From: Balanoglossus misakiensis
Taxonomy: Eukaryota; Animalia; Hemichordata
Length of the DNA: 64,000 nucleotides
NCBI GenBank assembly: GCA_040954595.2
Contig: CM082583.2
Coordinates: forward strand, 11,756,636-11,820,635
Direction: 5' to 3'
In this document: positions 14,811 to 27,829 of the stretch, in pieces
Layout: each line of letters opens with the position of its first letter
How positions within the stretch are numbered: the first letter of the stretch is position 1
Notes under the pieces: model-generated
Seen by the model: the letters and a program-made list of their open reading frames with translations, nothing else
Told to the model about the DNA's origin: nothing
Databases searched by the model: none
Position numbers and translations under genes: made by a program

Positions 14811-17800
14811 CTAATCAAGTTCTAAATCATACTTGACCAGATAGCCATGGTTCCATGAGTACAACACCTTTTCTAGTGGGTTGTAGGAAACCATTGCATT
14901 CAGACCATACTTGTTTGTGAAGGGGATTTCTAAATCAAGGAAAACTTTGGAAGAGTACAGATCATAACCGAAGTTGACCATTGTGTTCTCCTCGCTAGGA
15001 CTTTTGGTCGAATACAGAATGCCACCGATGATGAAACTGTCGCCAGCTGAGTGCTTCTCGTAGTCAGTGCGGATGGTTTTAATGATTGTCAGATCGGAAA
15101 CGTCCAGCTTGGAGATGACCATGTTGCCGTCATTTTCAGGAGTGCTGTAGATCGCCCACAGTCCATTCTCATCCACTTCCAAATCGATATACGTATACTC
15201 CGTAGCGTACAAGTATTTGGTTTGTCGGAACCCAGCACCTGGAAGCTTATTTCGTGCTATGATTGTATTGGATGTCAAATCAAAGCGAGCCACTTCTCTT
15301 GTTCCTTTGATGTGGAAATAGACTGAATTATTGTAGGTCACATGACCAGTGCCATCCCAAAACTCTGGCAAGTAGTGGTTTTTCTTTCCGCTCTTTTCTT
15401 GCAAACCTTCCAGGCTTGGCCATTCTGTAACATCAAGTAACAATAAAATAGTTCAAGTCATTTAGAATAGGATACAGCCATCAATAGGACCAATCTAAGT
15501 TTGGAAGTAAATCATGAAATAATCCAAAAGATAACATTGCTAGTCCTACCTTGTATTAGGAAATTGGAGAAGTGAGACATGGTGTAAATTTTGTCGTTCT
15601 CCACAGCCGTATCTCTCATCCATGCTCCCCAATAAGCGTTCATTTTGTGGAATGTTTCAGGTTCGGAGATAGACTTCAATTCCACTTCTGAATGGAAAAA
15701 AAAAAAATAACAATCATCTGAGTTGTATCAACGGTTATCATCTAAGCATCTTGTTTCATAAGAAATGTTATGAGTCAGCTGCTAATATACCATGCTTTCC
15801 TCATGCCAATGGTGATATGATAAAATCAGTTATAATGAACTCTTGTATGAGAGAGAGATTCTCACCTGAATTGGGTACTCTGAGCCATTTTGGTTCAGCG
15901 GTTGTAGTCACACCATCTGGTGGGGAATCACCTGGGGGAAAATATTGCTGAATATGTTACAAACATGGGAGCATACAATCCAATTTATCATTTCAATATC
16001 ATTGGCCAACTCTGGAGGTGCAAATGTCCAACAACCCTGACTAGGTGAAAATGTAGATAAAGTAAGAAAATTGTGTCAATTAAGATAATATTTCTCACTT
16101 ACCTGTCCCAGTGTCATCACCAGGCATCACCCCTAAAAAATCAAACAAACGATTTTTGAGTATAGAATTTAATAAACATTTTAAATTTGAATGGTACAAT
16201 TTTTACATTGAACTTTACAATCTTTGTCTTCCATCGCAGTGTGCATGCTTACCTGATGCTCCTTTTTGTCCTTTTTCACCTTGAATTCCTTGTTCACCTG
16301 GCGCTCCAGGTTCACCAATCTCTCCCCTCTCCCCTTTCTCTCCACTCATACCCTGTGGGCCAATCGGACCAACAGCACCTGGCAGCCCTACTTCACCTGG
16401 GACCCCATCAGCTCCAGGCAGACCTGTTATACCGCTGTCACCTTTTTCCCCAGGTTGTCCCGCTGGTCCTTGTACGCCTGGCAAACCAATTGCCCCGGTG
16501 TCTCCCTTGGGGCCCGTTAATCCAGGTTCACCAGTAGCCCCACTTGGCCCTGGTTCACCAATCAACCCAGGTAGTCCATCTGTACCGTTCTGTCCTGGTA
16601 TTCCGGGAACACCTGGGGCACCTGAGTCTCCTTTTTCGCCAGGCACACCCATAATTCCAGCATCGCCTGGCTCCCCTTTCTGTCCCTTTTCTCCGTCTTC
16701 TCCGTCTGATCCTGGTTCTCCCTTGGGACCAACTTCCCCAAGCTCACCCCTTTCTCCGGGCATTCCGACATCACCTGGTGCACCTGGCTCACCGATGTCT
16801 CCCTTCCCTCCTGGAGGTCCCATGACACCTGGCATACCCTCCAATCCAGGCTCACCTTTTTGTCCAGGTTCTGCCTCTGCTCCAGCTGCACCAACGTCAC
16901 CTTTGTCGCCTTTCATTCCCATTGGCCCTACAGGTCCAGGTGGACCAGGTGGGCCAGCCAATGGTTGCACAATCACCAAGTCCTCATCGTCTCCGCTTTC
17001 CTCTACAAAAGTGGAACAGAAATAAATCATATAGAATTCTCTAGTCTTTTGTATAAGGGATTATAACTACAGCTATGAATAATATACTACATGTAATAGT
17101 AAACCATCTTATAGATCTTCAGTCATATGAAGTTTAGGATTCATAACCCAATGTTTCACACCCAAACAGTATAAGACTGAATTACCTGCAAACACGGTCT
17201 CTCCCGGTTCACCTTGCTCGCCCTTCAATCCCTCTGGACCTGGCAACCCCGGCACTCCCGGAATGCCAGGTTCTCCGTCTTCTCCATGCATTCCCGGTTT
17301 TCCCGCTTCACCAGTGTCCCCTTTGATGCCACGTTCCCCCACTTCACCTTTTTGTCCTTCCGGTCCGTGGGGACCCATCTCTCCTGGTGTTCCCGCATCT
17401 CCTCCGTCTCCTTTCTCTCCCTTCTCTCCCGCAGGACCAGGTGGACCAATAAATAATTCCTTTCCACCTGAAGTGCGTGTAAAAATTCAACACCACTTTT
17501 ATATCAGTTGTACCTCAGCATCATTATTATACAAGAAACACAAATATTCACCCAGATTACACAAGATTACCTGGTAAGATGTCACATTTGCATGATTCAC
17601 CTGGCAAGCCTGGGAGCCCATCTGTGCCATTCAAACCAACAGGTCCCATTGGCCCTAGGATTATCAAATGAGAGAACTTTTTTAGTCAATATACATTGTA
17701 GCACCAACATAAAGTTATATTGTGTTATAATGATCATGCACCCTGACAACAGAATGCAATTATTTCCAGCAGACAGCTAACACACAGCATGCAATGCCTG

Positions 17801-20800
17801 GTGATGAAATATGCAACAATGACTATGTTATAATAAATCTACAATGATTAAAAAATTGAAGTGATCCTGAAAAAAAAAAAAAACATTTCACATGCAGTGC
17901 CAAGAGACATGTTGAAGTTAAAATTAAACATTACTTATAGTTATTTTTAACACTAAATAAAGAATCTTTGGAACCCTATTATTCTGAAAAGAACATCAAA
18001 ACATTATTTAGAAATTGCAGGTCTTTGAATCATCCAGAGTTCAGTCACGTAGGCAAGTTTCACCATACCGGAAATGCAGTTATCAATATGACATAAAAAT
18101 TATTAGCGATGAAAACTTGTAGTGAGAAACAAATGAGTTAATATATGACAAGTGCCTGAATGATTTCATGTCCATTCCATATACCTGGTGGACCAGGAGG
18201 ACCTGGTTTTCCTTTCTTTATCTTGATTTTCCCACCTCGTTCCCCCTTATTCCCTGCCTCTCCCTTCTCACCCTTTAAATCAACAATATATTTTCCACCA
18301 TCAGGACCTGTGAAAATGAAGACACATTTGATCCCCACATATTTTCCTGTTTACAATGAGAATCGATGATGAAAATTACTCATCACTGGTTTTACTGCAA
18401 TATTTCTGTCCATCCTCAGAAATAAATTCAATAAGGAGCCAAACCAACTAAAATTTGGCAGAAATCACTGTAACGCACATTTCACTGTAATTAAGAATAA
18501 GATGTCTCTTCATATTAATATTGTATAATGCGACCTGTCAAAGCCACAATCTCACCTGCCAAACCAGGCAATCCCTGATCTCCTCTCTCTCCCTTCATTC
18601 CTGGCATTCCAATTGGACCTTGATCACCTTTGGGACCAGTGACTCCCTCAGATCCATTGATTCCGGGAATACCGACTGGGCCTGGAAATCCACGGGGTCC
18701 AGGTGGTCCAGGTATGGGCTCTGAAGTTTGAAAGTATCATGAAAATAATGCAAAAAGTGGCATTTATTGTGGGACTTTATATACAATATCTGTTGTGCTT
18801 ATTTAATATTTTCTAGCACAGTCACTCCACACACTCTGTGGTTCTAGCTAACATGCCGAGACTACGTGAGTTGCTGCTATGATATGAATTGGAATGAGGT
18901 TTCCTAGATACTTCATTTAAACAGCTGCGTCAATTGAACATTATACCACCTGTGGTTTGATGGCATCAATTCTTTGTTACGTTCAAGAAACTACTGGTCC
19001 ACACAACATATAACTGTACTAAGAATAGACCTCATTAAAGCCAATGGATTGACCTAAAAAACTGTTTTCAGTGTCATTCAACTTTTGTCCGAGTTTGCAT
19101 GACACATGATCATGACCTTGAACTTGAAAGCAACACCATATTTTGATCAATTTACCTGCAGGTAATCCACCACCTGTCTGATCCGTACACATGGTTTGAG
19201 TCACATTGCAGATTTCAATAACTGCTTGCATCTACAGAGATACAAAAAAAAAGAATTTTCAGCTGTATATACAACCTGTCTTCTTCTATATTTAATCACA
19301 TAGACACTGATCAGGCAAACATTTACAGCTTCACGCATATACTTGCAGGAAGACAGTTGTGTCTGAATTCATTCAATTTGCTTCCAATTTGATTAAACTG
19401 GAAGTAGAACACGCAAACATCATCTTAAAACTATTGTGAGGTCAGGAGGGGAGTTCAGACCAAGTTATTGAAAAGGTCAGGCCACTGATTTACTGTCAAG
19501 TAAACTGCTGTTCTTGCTACACCACTGGATGTGAAAGAAAGGTTGCTGTCTGTCACCTTTAGTGAGTAAATCATCCATGGTAACATTAGTAATGCAGGTT
19601 ATTGAGTCTATAAAGGCTGTGATTCTTATCTCTAGTGAAATTCTCCACCAAATTGAAGAAAGCTGTGAGAGGTTAAGACTTGACAAAAACAGCTGCATGA
19701 TTGATGATGAGGAATTAGGTCACCATGGTTTCACTTTAGGTAATACTTGAAGTTTTGTTCTGACTAAATACCTGAATGCTGATAATGTTTTAGGATATGA
19801 TAGCCATATCAAATTTAGTATTAAAAGTTAAAATGAACAAAGGAAAACATTGCTTTCCATTTGCACTTTGTGAAGAGGCATATAGCTCAGTATACCTTTT
19901 CATGTCATATTTTATGAGGAGCTATAAATCTCACACCTGTTGCACTTCATCCCTGATTGAAAAATTCCATTCAAGAATAAATTCATCATTGTTATATAAA
20001 TTACACAGCTAATGGAATTTCCGATTTTGACAACATGATTTAATAAAAATTAAGCTAAGTGTCAAAGAACTTCACCACGAATTAGGCACAGTGACATTCT
20101 TAGAGCATCAATAAGTTTTCAGCCGAGAGAGCCTGAGGTCATCACTGTGCCATGAAGCCAGACAATGGTACAGTCAAAAGCCTCTGTTTGGCATTTGTTG
20201 AAAAGCACTTAAGACCTCTCATTTTATACCCCCGCTAAGAGTCTATTTCCCCAAGGGCTGGTGTGTTGGTTTCCTTTAAATGTCAAATCGGCAGTGGCTG
20301 ACACAATGGTGATTGGTCGCTCTTTAAAAGATTTGGAATGAGATCGTCTCCAACTTTGGTTTACTGGTGTCAATATTTTCTGGAAGGAATGCAAGCGGGT
20401 CAATTGATGGTTCAACAGACTCAGTATATATCCCTGACGACTGACAGCTTTAGGCTTGATGTGGTTTCCAACAAGCTTTACAAATATGGGTGTACTATTT
20501 CGAAATGCCCCAAACTGATCTTTGAGAGAGATTTATGCAAAGGATTTCACTGACTATACTTTTGGGGGCAATCAAAATATTTGGTAAGCCTCAACAGGTT
20601 TCTTTCAATAGTTACACACTGAAGGATGGCTTATTTCCTGACAAAGTAGCCTCTGGAGTTAGGGTATGAGTTACACTGTATACCAAGTGATGCAGATTGT
20701 GTTTTATATTGGGGGTTTGGCAAGAGCACACAAATCAAGCTACATTGATTGGTCAAGATATTTATCATTTCCATATAGATCTCAAAATAAGTACATATGT

Positions 20801-23800
20801 AATTCATATCACATGTGCCGTGTTTGGTGTTTGAGTGACTTATGCTTAATAAATCAAAAGCCAACTGCACACACATCCACGCAAGTTTGACAACAAATAA
20901 GCAAGTTTAAATCTTCCAAGAGCTTGGCATGGAACGCTATAGTCTAAACAACCACCTGTATGATTCTGAAGTGGTTCAGCTTATGACTTAACATGCATTA
21001 AATTGCAGTACTTTGATAGTCAAACCCCTTTCATCATTTTGTAAGTAAAATATGAGAAATGATTAACATGATATGAAATCATATACGCAAGTCAAAAGAT
21101 CGATGTCTTTGTTAGAAGTGGAGTTTTAAAATCTCATAGAATTCACATACTGTAGTACTGTAAATCCTGTACATTGTAACCGATGTAAGGGATCTGATAC
21201 GCATGGTCAAACATGTGGAACTTGGGGGTGATGTACCCATTCATGGAGGTTACTGTACAGTTACTGCACAGAAGAGTGACTGAAATTTCAAGACTACATT
21301 TATCTATGTCAAATGTACTCACTCAGTCTATAGCTTCATGAGAAGCCTTACTCAAACTGTCGTTAAATTCACTGCAGCACTGTATGCCTAGTGGTTATAT
21401 CTGTCTTGGTGTTTTTGTTATGAATCTAGAGTAGCTCAATTTTTTTTATCATAATTGCACGAATCTACATTATTTCATTACTGGACAGTGGTGTCCATCA
21501 AGAGAATGATTTAAAACTACTTGCATCAAAGTAGAATTTGTATTTTAATATAAAAGCATTTCTTTTAGAATTTATTTTTGGCCACAAGACAAAATATTCT
21601 TGAAAGTGCCACATGCTGGATGTGTAGGCCTCCAACAATGACAACAAAGTCATTGGAGTTGTTGTGGGAGTAATGGGAGGAGCGAGTGGTGTGTCTTTAA
21701 AACCACATTTGGGTTTTGGCAACAAAGGAAGTGATTATTTTTGTTAGGTTTTATTGTACAAAGCAAAGATTCAAATGATAGAGGTGGACAGAAAAAAAAC
21801 TTGCCAAATCATATGGAAGCCAGTGTGGATGTGGGTCAGAGGAATCACAGACATCAGAATTCTGATTTATTTGAACTGGACAGAGACAAAAAACAGCCCT
21901 AGTCTGTCTCAAGTGTTTCCGGTTTTAACCTTTGACATGCACCACTATATGTCCGGGGCACGACTTTGTTTGCATTGAATTCTTAATAGTTCTCAATTTA
22001 CTTTGAAGAAATGTGATTCTTTAAAGAAAGATGGATGCTATGTTTTTTACCTATGGCTTAATATACATGAAGTTGATACATGGACATACACCCAATCATA
22101 CAGGTTGTATTTTTGTTTGGAAAATGTATCAGACTGAGTGTATTTGGTTTCCATGATTTGACCCTGTATGGGAACAGTTGAAGATATCCTACCACTTATG
22201 AAAACAAATCACATGTTAAGTGCCTCTACTTTAGTTGGCTTCATTCCCATTAAAACAAACAGTGAGCTCTATGTGTTTTTCAGTGCGGTTTTAGCTCCCA
22301 TGATTAAAAAGAATTCTGTCACAAAATGTGCTGAAAAAGCTTTATCAAATCACATGAAGGAAACACTGTCAACCATTCAGAACTTTTACCTGAAAGCATT
22401 GGGGACTGCAAGAAAAGTGCTGACTCAGCCATTTTTAGACCCTCTATAAACTGAAAAAGTCGAGGGAAATGGCAAACACAGACAATATTTCTTTAGGCTT
22501 TGACTTTATTTCAAATTTGACTTTTGTTCAGTAAATTCATTTAAACTGAATAAACAACAGAAAATGAAAGACACTGCGCAGCTAGCTGTCAAATCCTAGC
22601 ACACATTTAAATTATAAAAGAAACCAGAATGTTGAAGATTGGACAACAGCTGTACTTAAAGCTTGACACTTTGAACTCTTTGAATTGCTATATATATCCT
22701 ACACTTCCAGACGGTAAACACGTTTGTCGCCATACATTTCACAGTTGTTAATGCACTACTAATACTGCTAACTTCATTACTGTTTAAAGGTGATTTAATC
22801 CATTGGGATTTTGATGACTTTATTCGACCTGTAATTGGCCAATCTTGCACAAATTGAGGTTAAACCACCCTCCTGTTCATTCACCTGAAAAGACAGCCAG
22901 TCGCCAGAAATGTTGGAACTTTTCACTCTGAAGAACCAAAGTTCAGTTGTCACAGAAAGAGGAATGTGAAGGAGACCTTTTCTTGTGTATGTTTGTCACC
23001 CCACTACAGATATCTCAGGTCAAACTATCCACAAGCTGTCAAACTGGGTTTAATGGCAGCTCCATCATTCTTTACTGGTTTTTCATTTCGTGTTTGTGAT
23101 ATGCCAGGCATCATGAAAGGCTAAGGTTCATTCATAGCAGCTCCCTAGAGATTGTTTTTTACAACTGTTGTCTACTCTTGGTTGTAGCCAGTGAGATTTT
23201 CCCCTTCCGATTCACTTTGAATTCAACCCACCAAACACTGTAGAAGGCGTACCATATACAGGGTTAAATCAATTTGATAGAAATTCCTTATTGAATGAGA
23301 CTTTGTGTGCAAATAATTACAATGATAAAAGTTTGTGAGGTACCCCTAGATGTTTGACTACGCTTTGATTATTTCTACTCAGTTGGAACAACAATAGGGG
23401 ATGGAAAACAGTCTGGTTGCGTACAAAACCACTACAATCATGCAATGAAAGAACCAGTGAATCAAATTCAGTGGGTGTAGTGTGCGGTATGTCTTCGTCA
23501 ACGAGAATATCAGTCTCAATATCCAGTTAGACTTTCATAAAGCATATCAGTTATAGTTTTGTGGTCAATGATACTTATGATCGCATTTTGTGCGCCGTAA
23601 TTTTTTGAAAGTTTGTTCTAAAAAGAAAAGCTTCGAAGGATGTGTCAGATTGAAAAGTCTATAACTTGTAAGAGGTTAAAACCACGTTTTTGTCAGAAAG
23701 ACGCCACTTCTAGTTACAGTTTACGGTAGAAATTCGACATCTTGTTTACTATAAAAACACGTTTGTTAATCTGACCCCATTTGAACCATTGAAACTTAAA

Positions 23801-24283
23801 GAATGTATGCGACACTCGGACCAGCACGCACGATAACACACCATTATAATAGTGACAGCCAGGTTACGTTTGTCTGAACACCGTCTGTAACATAATTAAA
23901 ATTTCACAAATTCCATTTGTCAAAAGCATACTTACCGGAACTCTCGCAAAGGTGGATATCCAGTACCAATCCCCTGGGTTATTCCAATCAACCGCGCGTT
24001 TATCTCTACCCTCGTCAATATTTTCAAAGCTGCCGCTTTTGGTAATTTCACGGTTGTCCTGACCTTCATCGCGATCATCGCGGAGTGGTGATAGCCTTGA
24101 CAGTATGAAACTCTTGTCCACATCGCCGCAAACACAACTGGCGAAAATGTTTTCTTTCAACGTGTGGACATGTCTATACGTGGCGTAAAACCCCGAAAGA
24201 CTTGCTATAAGAAGGAAGATATAAGCCGCATAAAGAACTTTGATGTGACGGCCCAAGCTACACTGTTTATCGCACTCCGCCAT
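14811..24283 (-). CDS. GLDN: Gliomedin/colmedin-like type II transmembrane collagen with C-terminal olfactomedin domain (~880-890 aa)
   Basis: Exons (minus strand): 23936-24283, 19156-19231, 18556-18720, 18185-18307, 17601(or 17571)-17654, 17186-17467, 16253-17002, 16103-16132, 15866-15931, 15550-15687, 14811-15424; phases consistent. N-terminal TM ([19 protein letters not shown]), furin site [13 protein letters not shown]|MQAVIEICN segment, interrupted Gly-X-Y repeats, then olfactomedin motifs ([48 protein letters not shown]). Confidence 0.88.
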
Positions 24284-26118
24284 GACTTTCGCAATGTACT
24301 ACACCTCGGTGTCACGTGGTCGCATAACTTTCAGCCAATCAGCTGTCATGAAATCGGACCTGAAATTGAACAGAATGCGATATTCCCAGCAAGGTAGAGT
24401 TATTACGTGCGATCTGTTTCCCCGCGTCTAAATTTGGTCACCAATGCTTGAATTGGGAGGTCATGCTTAGTCACACCAGCGCATGTTTACTGTCCTGACG
24501 CCAACGACTGTTTACCGTTGAGAAGCCAACGATGGTTGTAAAATATTGAGGAATTTGATCTCTGACGCAGTGTCAATATATTGCACATACATTGCATTGC
24601 ATTGCAATTTGTCGAGTTTCTTTGTTTATTACCCATTTCGGCGTTCGTTTTCACATTTAGGTAACTTAAGTGACAATTTCCCACCAGAATATTGGTATAC
24701 GTGTATTTTTTTGATTCACGTAACCATCACACTGCACCATCTTTTGACATCTTTTTACTCTAAAACTAATTCAAAAACAAATGTGTTATTGTGGTTAAGA
24801 CAACTCAGAGCCTACACAGGCACTTTCACATACTGTGATAAAATTAGAATTGATCTGACGAACTTTGTAAGTGTCAAGTATAATTTTTCATTTCGCATTT
24901 GTAATGCAAGAAGAATTTATGCAGTTGTTTACCACATTTTTGGCATCTGAAAATTTGAATATGGTATGCGATGTAATAATTATACCAGCATGAAAATATT
25001 CCCGTTTAAAAAGTCTGAGGCGGTATTTCAAACTTGCCCCGGTCAGTCCCTGACGTGACCTGCAGTCACTAACGAACATGTGACTTTAATATTGGAAGAG
25101 AACTCAAATAGAGTTGTCTTAGGGGTCGTAGTTATAAAATCAGTGTATGAAACTGACTAAATTATCCCGTGTACAAACAAAAACAACTCATGCATTGGTT
25201 GCCATCCCTGACATACTCCAAACGTGCACTATTGCACGTGCAAAACCTTACCGTTCCTTTCTTTGGATTTTAGACTCCTGGTAAATCTTTTAATTCCCTT
25301 AATTGTCCACCAATTTGGTGACCCCTTTCATGCGAGTGTCTGAAGTATCTACAACCCCTAACAGATCCCCACAGGGAGCAAATATTGTATTTCATTCAAC
25401 TATTATTGGTTTAAGTCACAGTTGGGGATAAATTGTTAAATGTTTACTGTCAACTACCATGTTACTACTTTTAAGGTATTAGTGTATTAGTGTCAAACAG
25501 CAAGCTGTATACTTGGTAACCAGTGGAGTCTCACACACTGAGAAGAATGAATAAACTGCCATTTTTACAAGAACCAAAACTTTAATCTTCTTTTCAAACA
25601 CAAATCACAGTGGTTATCACAAGGTGGAAAATGTAAATAGTCTTACAAAAATGTTTACATTTCAGTGCTGTCAAGTGTGTTGCATACACTTCACGACTAC
25701 TAAACAACAAATTCTGGTCATTTTGAATACAGAGCAAAGAGTATACACACAAATGTTGAGGAGTTTCTGTGTATACCTCCCCTTCTATGATTGTGGGGTG
25801 CAGAAAGCGCCCTCAACGGACAAAAGATACAATCGCATCCACTCAGTAAAATTGCAGTGTTTCATCACTATCTTCAAGTCCAGTAATTTTGACTGCATGT
25901 TTGAGAAAACAGTACACTGTCTATTTCTTATGAGTGAAAACTGCACTGTGAACCATCACATCCAGATGGTACACGTATGAGTAAAACTTGTTGGAAGTCT
26001 CCAAGTATATTCAGCCTACACCGTTTCAGTCTTCATTAAATGTTTTGACTGCAGGTTCTCTACTAGTCCGAATAAGACACACATTTCTTTGTAAATATCT
26101 TTAATACGTTTGCAGTCA

Positions 26119-27524
26119 TCAACTGTCATCTTTCGTAGCTGTGCTTTGACTGTTGTTGACTTTCTTTTTGTATAAACCGTTCTTTTTCAAGTGTTCCTTG
26201 CTTTGATGTGCAACAGCTCCATGCTCAATTTGGAAGTCACACAGCGCCCTCAGTGGTTTGCTAAGAATCTGAAATCAAAAGATAAGACACACAAGTCATG
26301 ATAGAAAATCACAGACAGAGACAAAAACTCCAAGCACTCAGAATAGTACAGCAAGGCAGATAGGAATACCTCACCTCTACTAACTCAGGTTTGTTTTCCA
26401 GAATTGCAAGGGCAAATGCGGCTGCTTCTAGAGTGGACAGAGCTGCATCCGTTGGCTGTGTTCTTATCACATATTCACTGACAATGTTTAAAGATAACTT
26501 CACCTGTGGAATCAAATAAAACCAAAACAACATCAACATTAACCCATTGGACACTTACCCTCCAAAGTTGATTGCCTAATACATGTATACACAATGACAA
26601 ACACTTTGCTATCTGCTTACCTGCTTTGTTCTTTGAAGAAAATGATTATTGGAATAAATACCCTTGGCTTGAGGCCAAGTGCCATCAATTAAAATAAGAT
26701 TGTAAGAGGGATAACTGTCCTTGGGCAAAGATTCAAGGTCCACAGCCTGAGGTCCAGGATACAGAAGTAAAGTATTTGGAGCTGACGTGATCTTGTCCAA
26801 CAAGGCATGTCTACAAAAAAAAGCAAAATTTGAATTAGTACAGAGGATGCTCAAATTTAGCTTACAACCTAACGTGTATTGATAAAAATATAAGAAGAGG
26901 GAGGTGTGATAACTTTGAAAGAATTCCCACCTGTTAAATCGCCGTCCTCTGATGATGTGGACTCTATCTTGAGGCAAGCTGAAGTTCAGTATTGGCACAG
27001 TTCTCAGTACACGTTCTTCTTCATGGGGATGTTGCAGTATGTACAATGTGGTTGAAACTTGTTTTCTCTCGTTGGGCAAGTATGGGCAAAGGCAAACACT
27101 GGCTGGTCGGCTGGTGAGAGAGAAAAAATAAGATGATCAGATGGCCAGTGCCTTTAGCTATATATTCAATCATCACAGATATCATATATGCACTTTTTAA
27201 AACTTATATGTTTACAGTTTATCCAAATCCATTCCCGATCCAGATGCGTCTTTCACAGAATCTATTAGAACTTGCAAGATGATGTAACACAGTGTAAATT
27301 CTCAACTGAAGTCTGAACTGATTGAATATCGTATACTTCTAGAATTTATTGTAATTCTCTTACGTGCATCTGGCACAGATAGGCCTCCTTTCCGATTCTT
27401 CTATTGGCAACGCTCCCAAATCCGACAAGACGTCGTCTTCTTCATGGGTTGACACGTTCGTCACCATGTTCATGTTGTTCAAAGCTTGTGTCAACTTTGA
27501 CCTCGGAAGAGCCGGCATCCTCAT
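26119..27524 (-). CDS. DTWD2: tRNA-uridine aminocarboxypropyltransferase 2 (DTW domain)
   Basis: Exons (minus strand): 27364-27524 (start could instead be ATG at 27473), 26931-27110, 26621-26810, 26375-26503, 26119-26268 (TGA). Motifs [67 protein letters not shown]. Confidence 0.92.
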
Positions 27525-27829
27525 ACGCAAGTAAGAATTCAGTAACGTTTCAAAAGCATAAAAAATCATTGCAAAATTTCAATTGCAGAAATGAATTATA
27601 CGTTCAATATGAATGTTTAAGTTATGCACCATATCTCAAGAGGCGTACATTATAAATATAGTTCGTGCTATATTTGTCATTACCTAGAACGAGGGTAGGG
27701 AAGTAAAGATGGCGGACAAGGTTGAACAACTTGATTGACCTGATTGTTTATATTGTGCATTTGTGTGTTTCGTAGTTCTTTCACGCCTTTCTGAACGTCT
27801 AAAGGTATTCACGTTATAGCAGGAAAAGG
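27525..27829. promoter_or_regulatory. Short bidirectional promoter / 5' UTR region between DTWD2 and C1orf43
   Basis: Head-to-head start codons ~300 bp apart. YY1-like AAGATGGCGG at 27706-27715, preceded by an ETS-like GGAAGT at ~27699. Confidence 0.55.

Noticed and set aside
16187-18369. Pro/Gly/Ser-rich plus-strand ORFs
   Set aside because: Antisense shadows of the collagen Gly-X-Y exons.
19300-23800. Nested gene in the 4.7-kb first intron of the gliomedin-like gene
   Set aside because: Only short ORFs with no recognisable domains or consistent splice chain.
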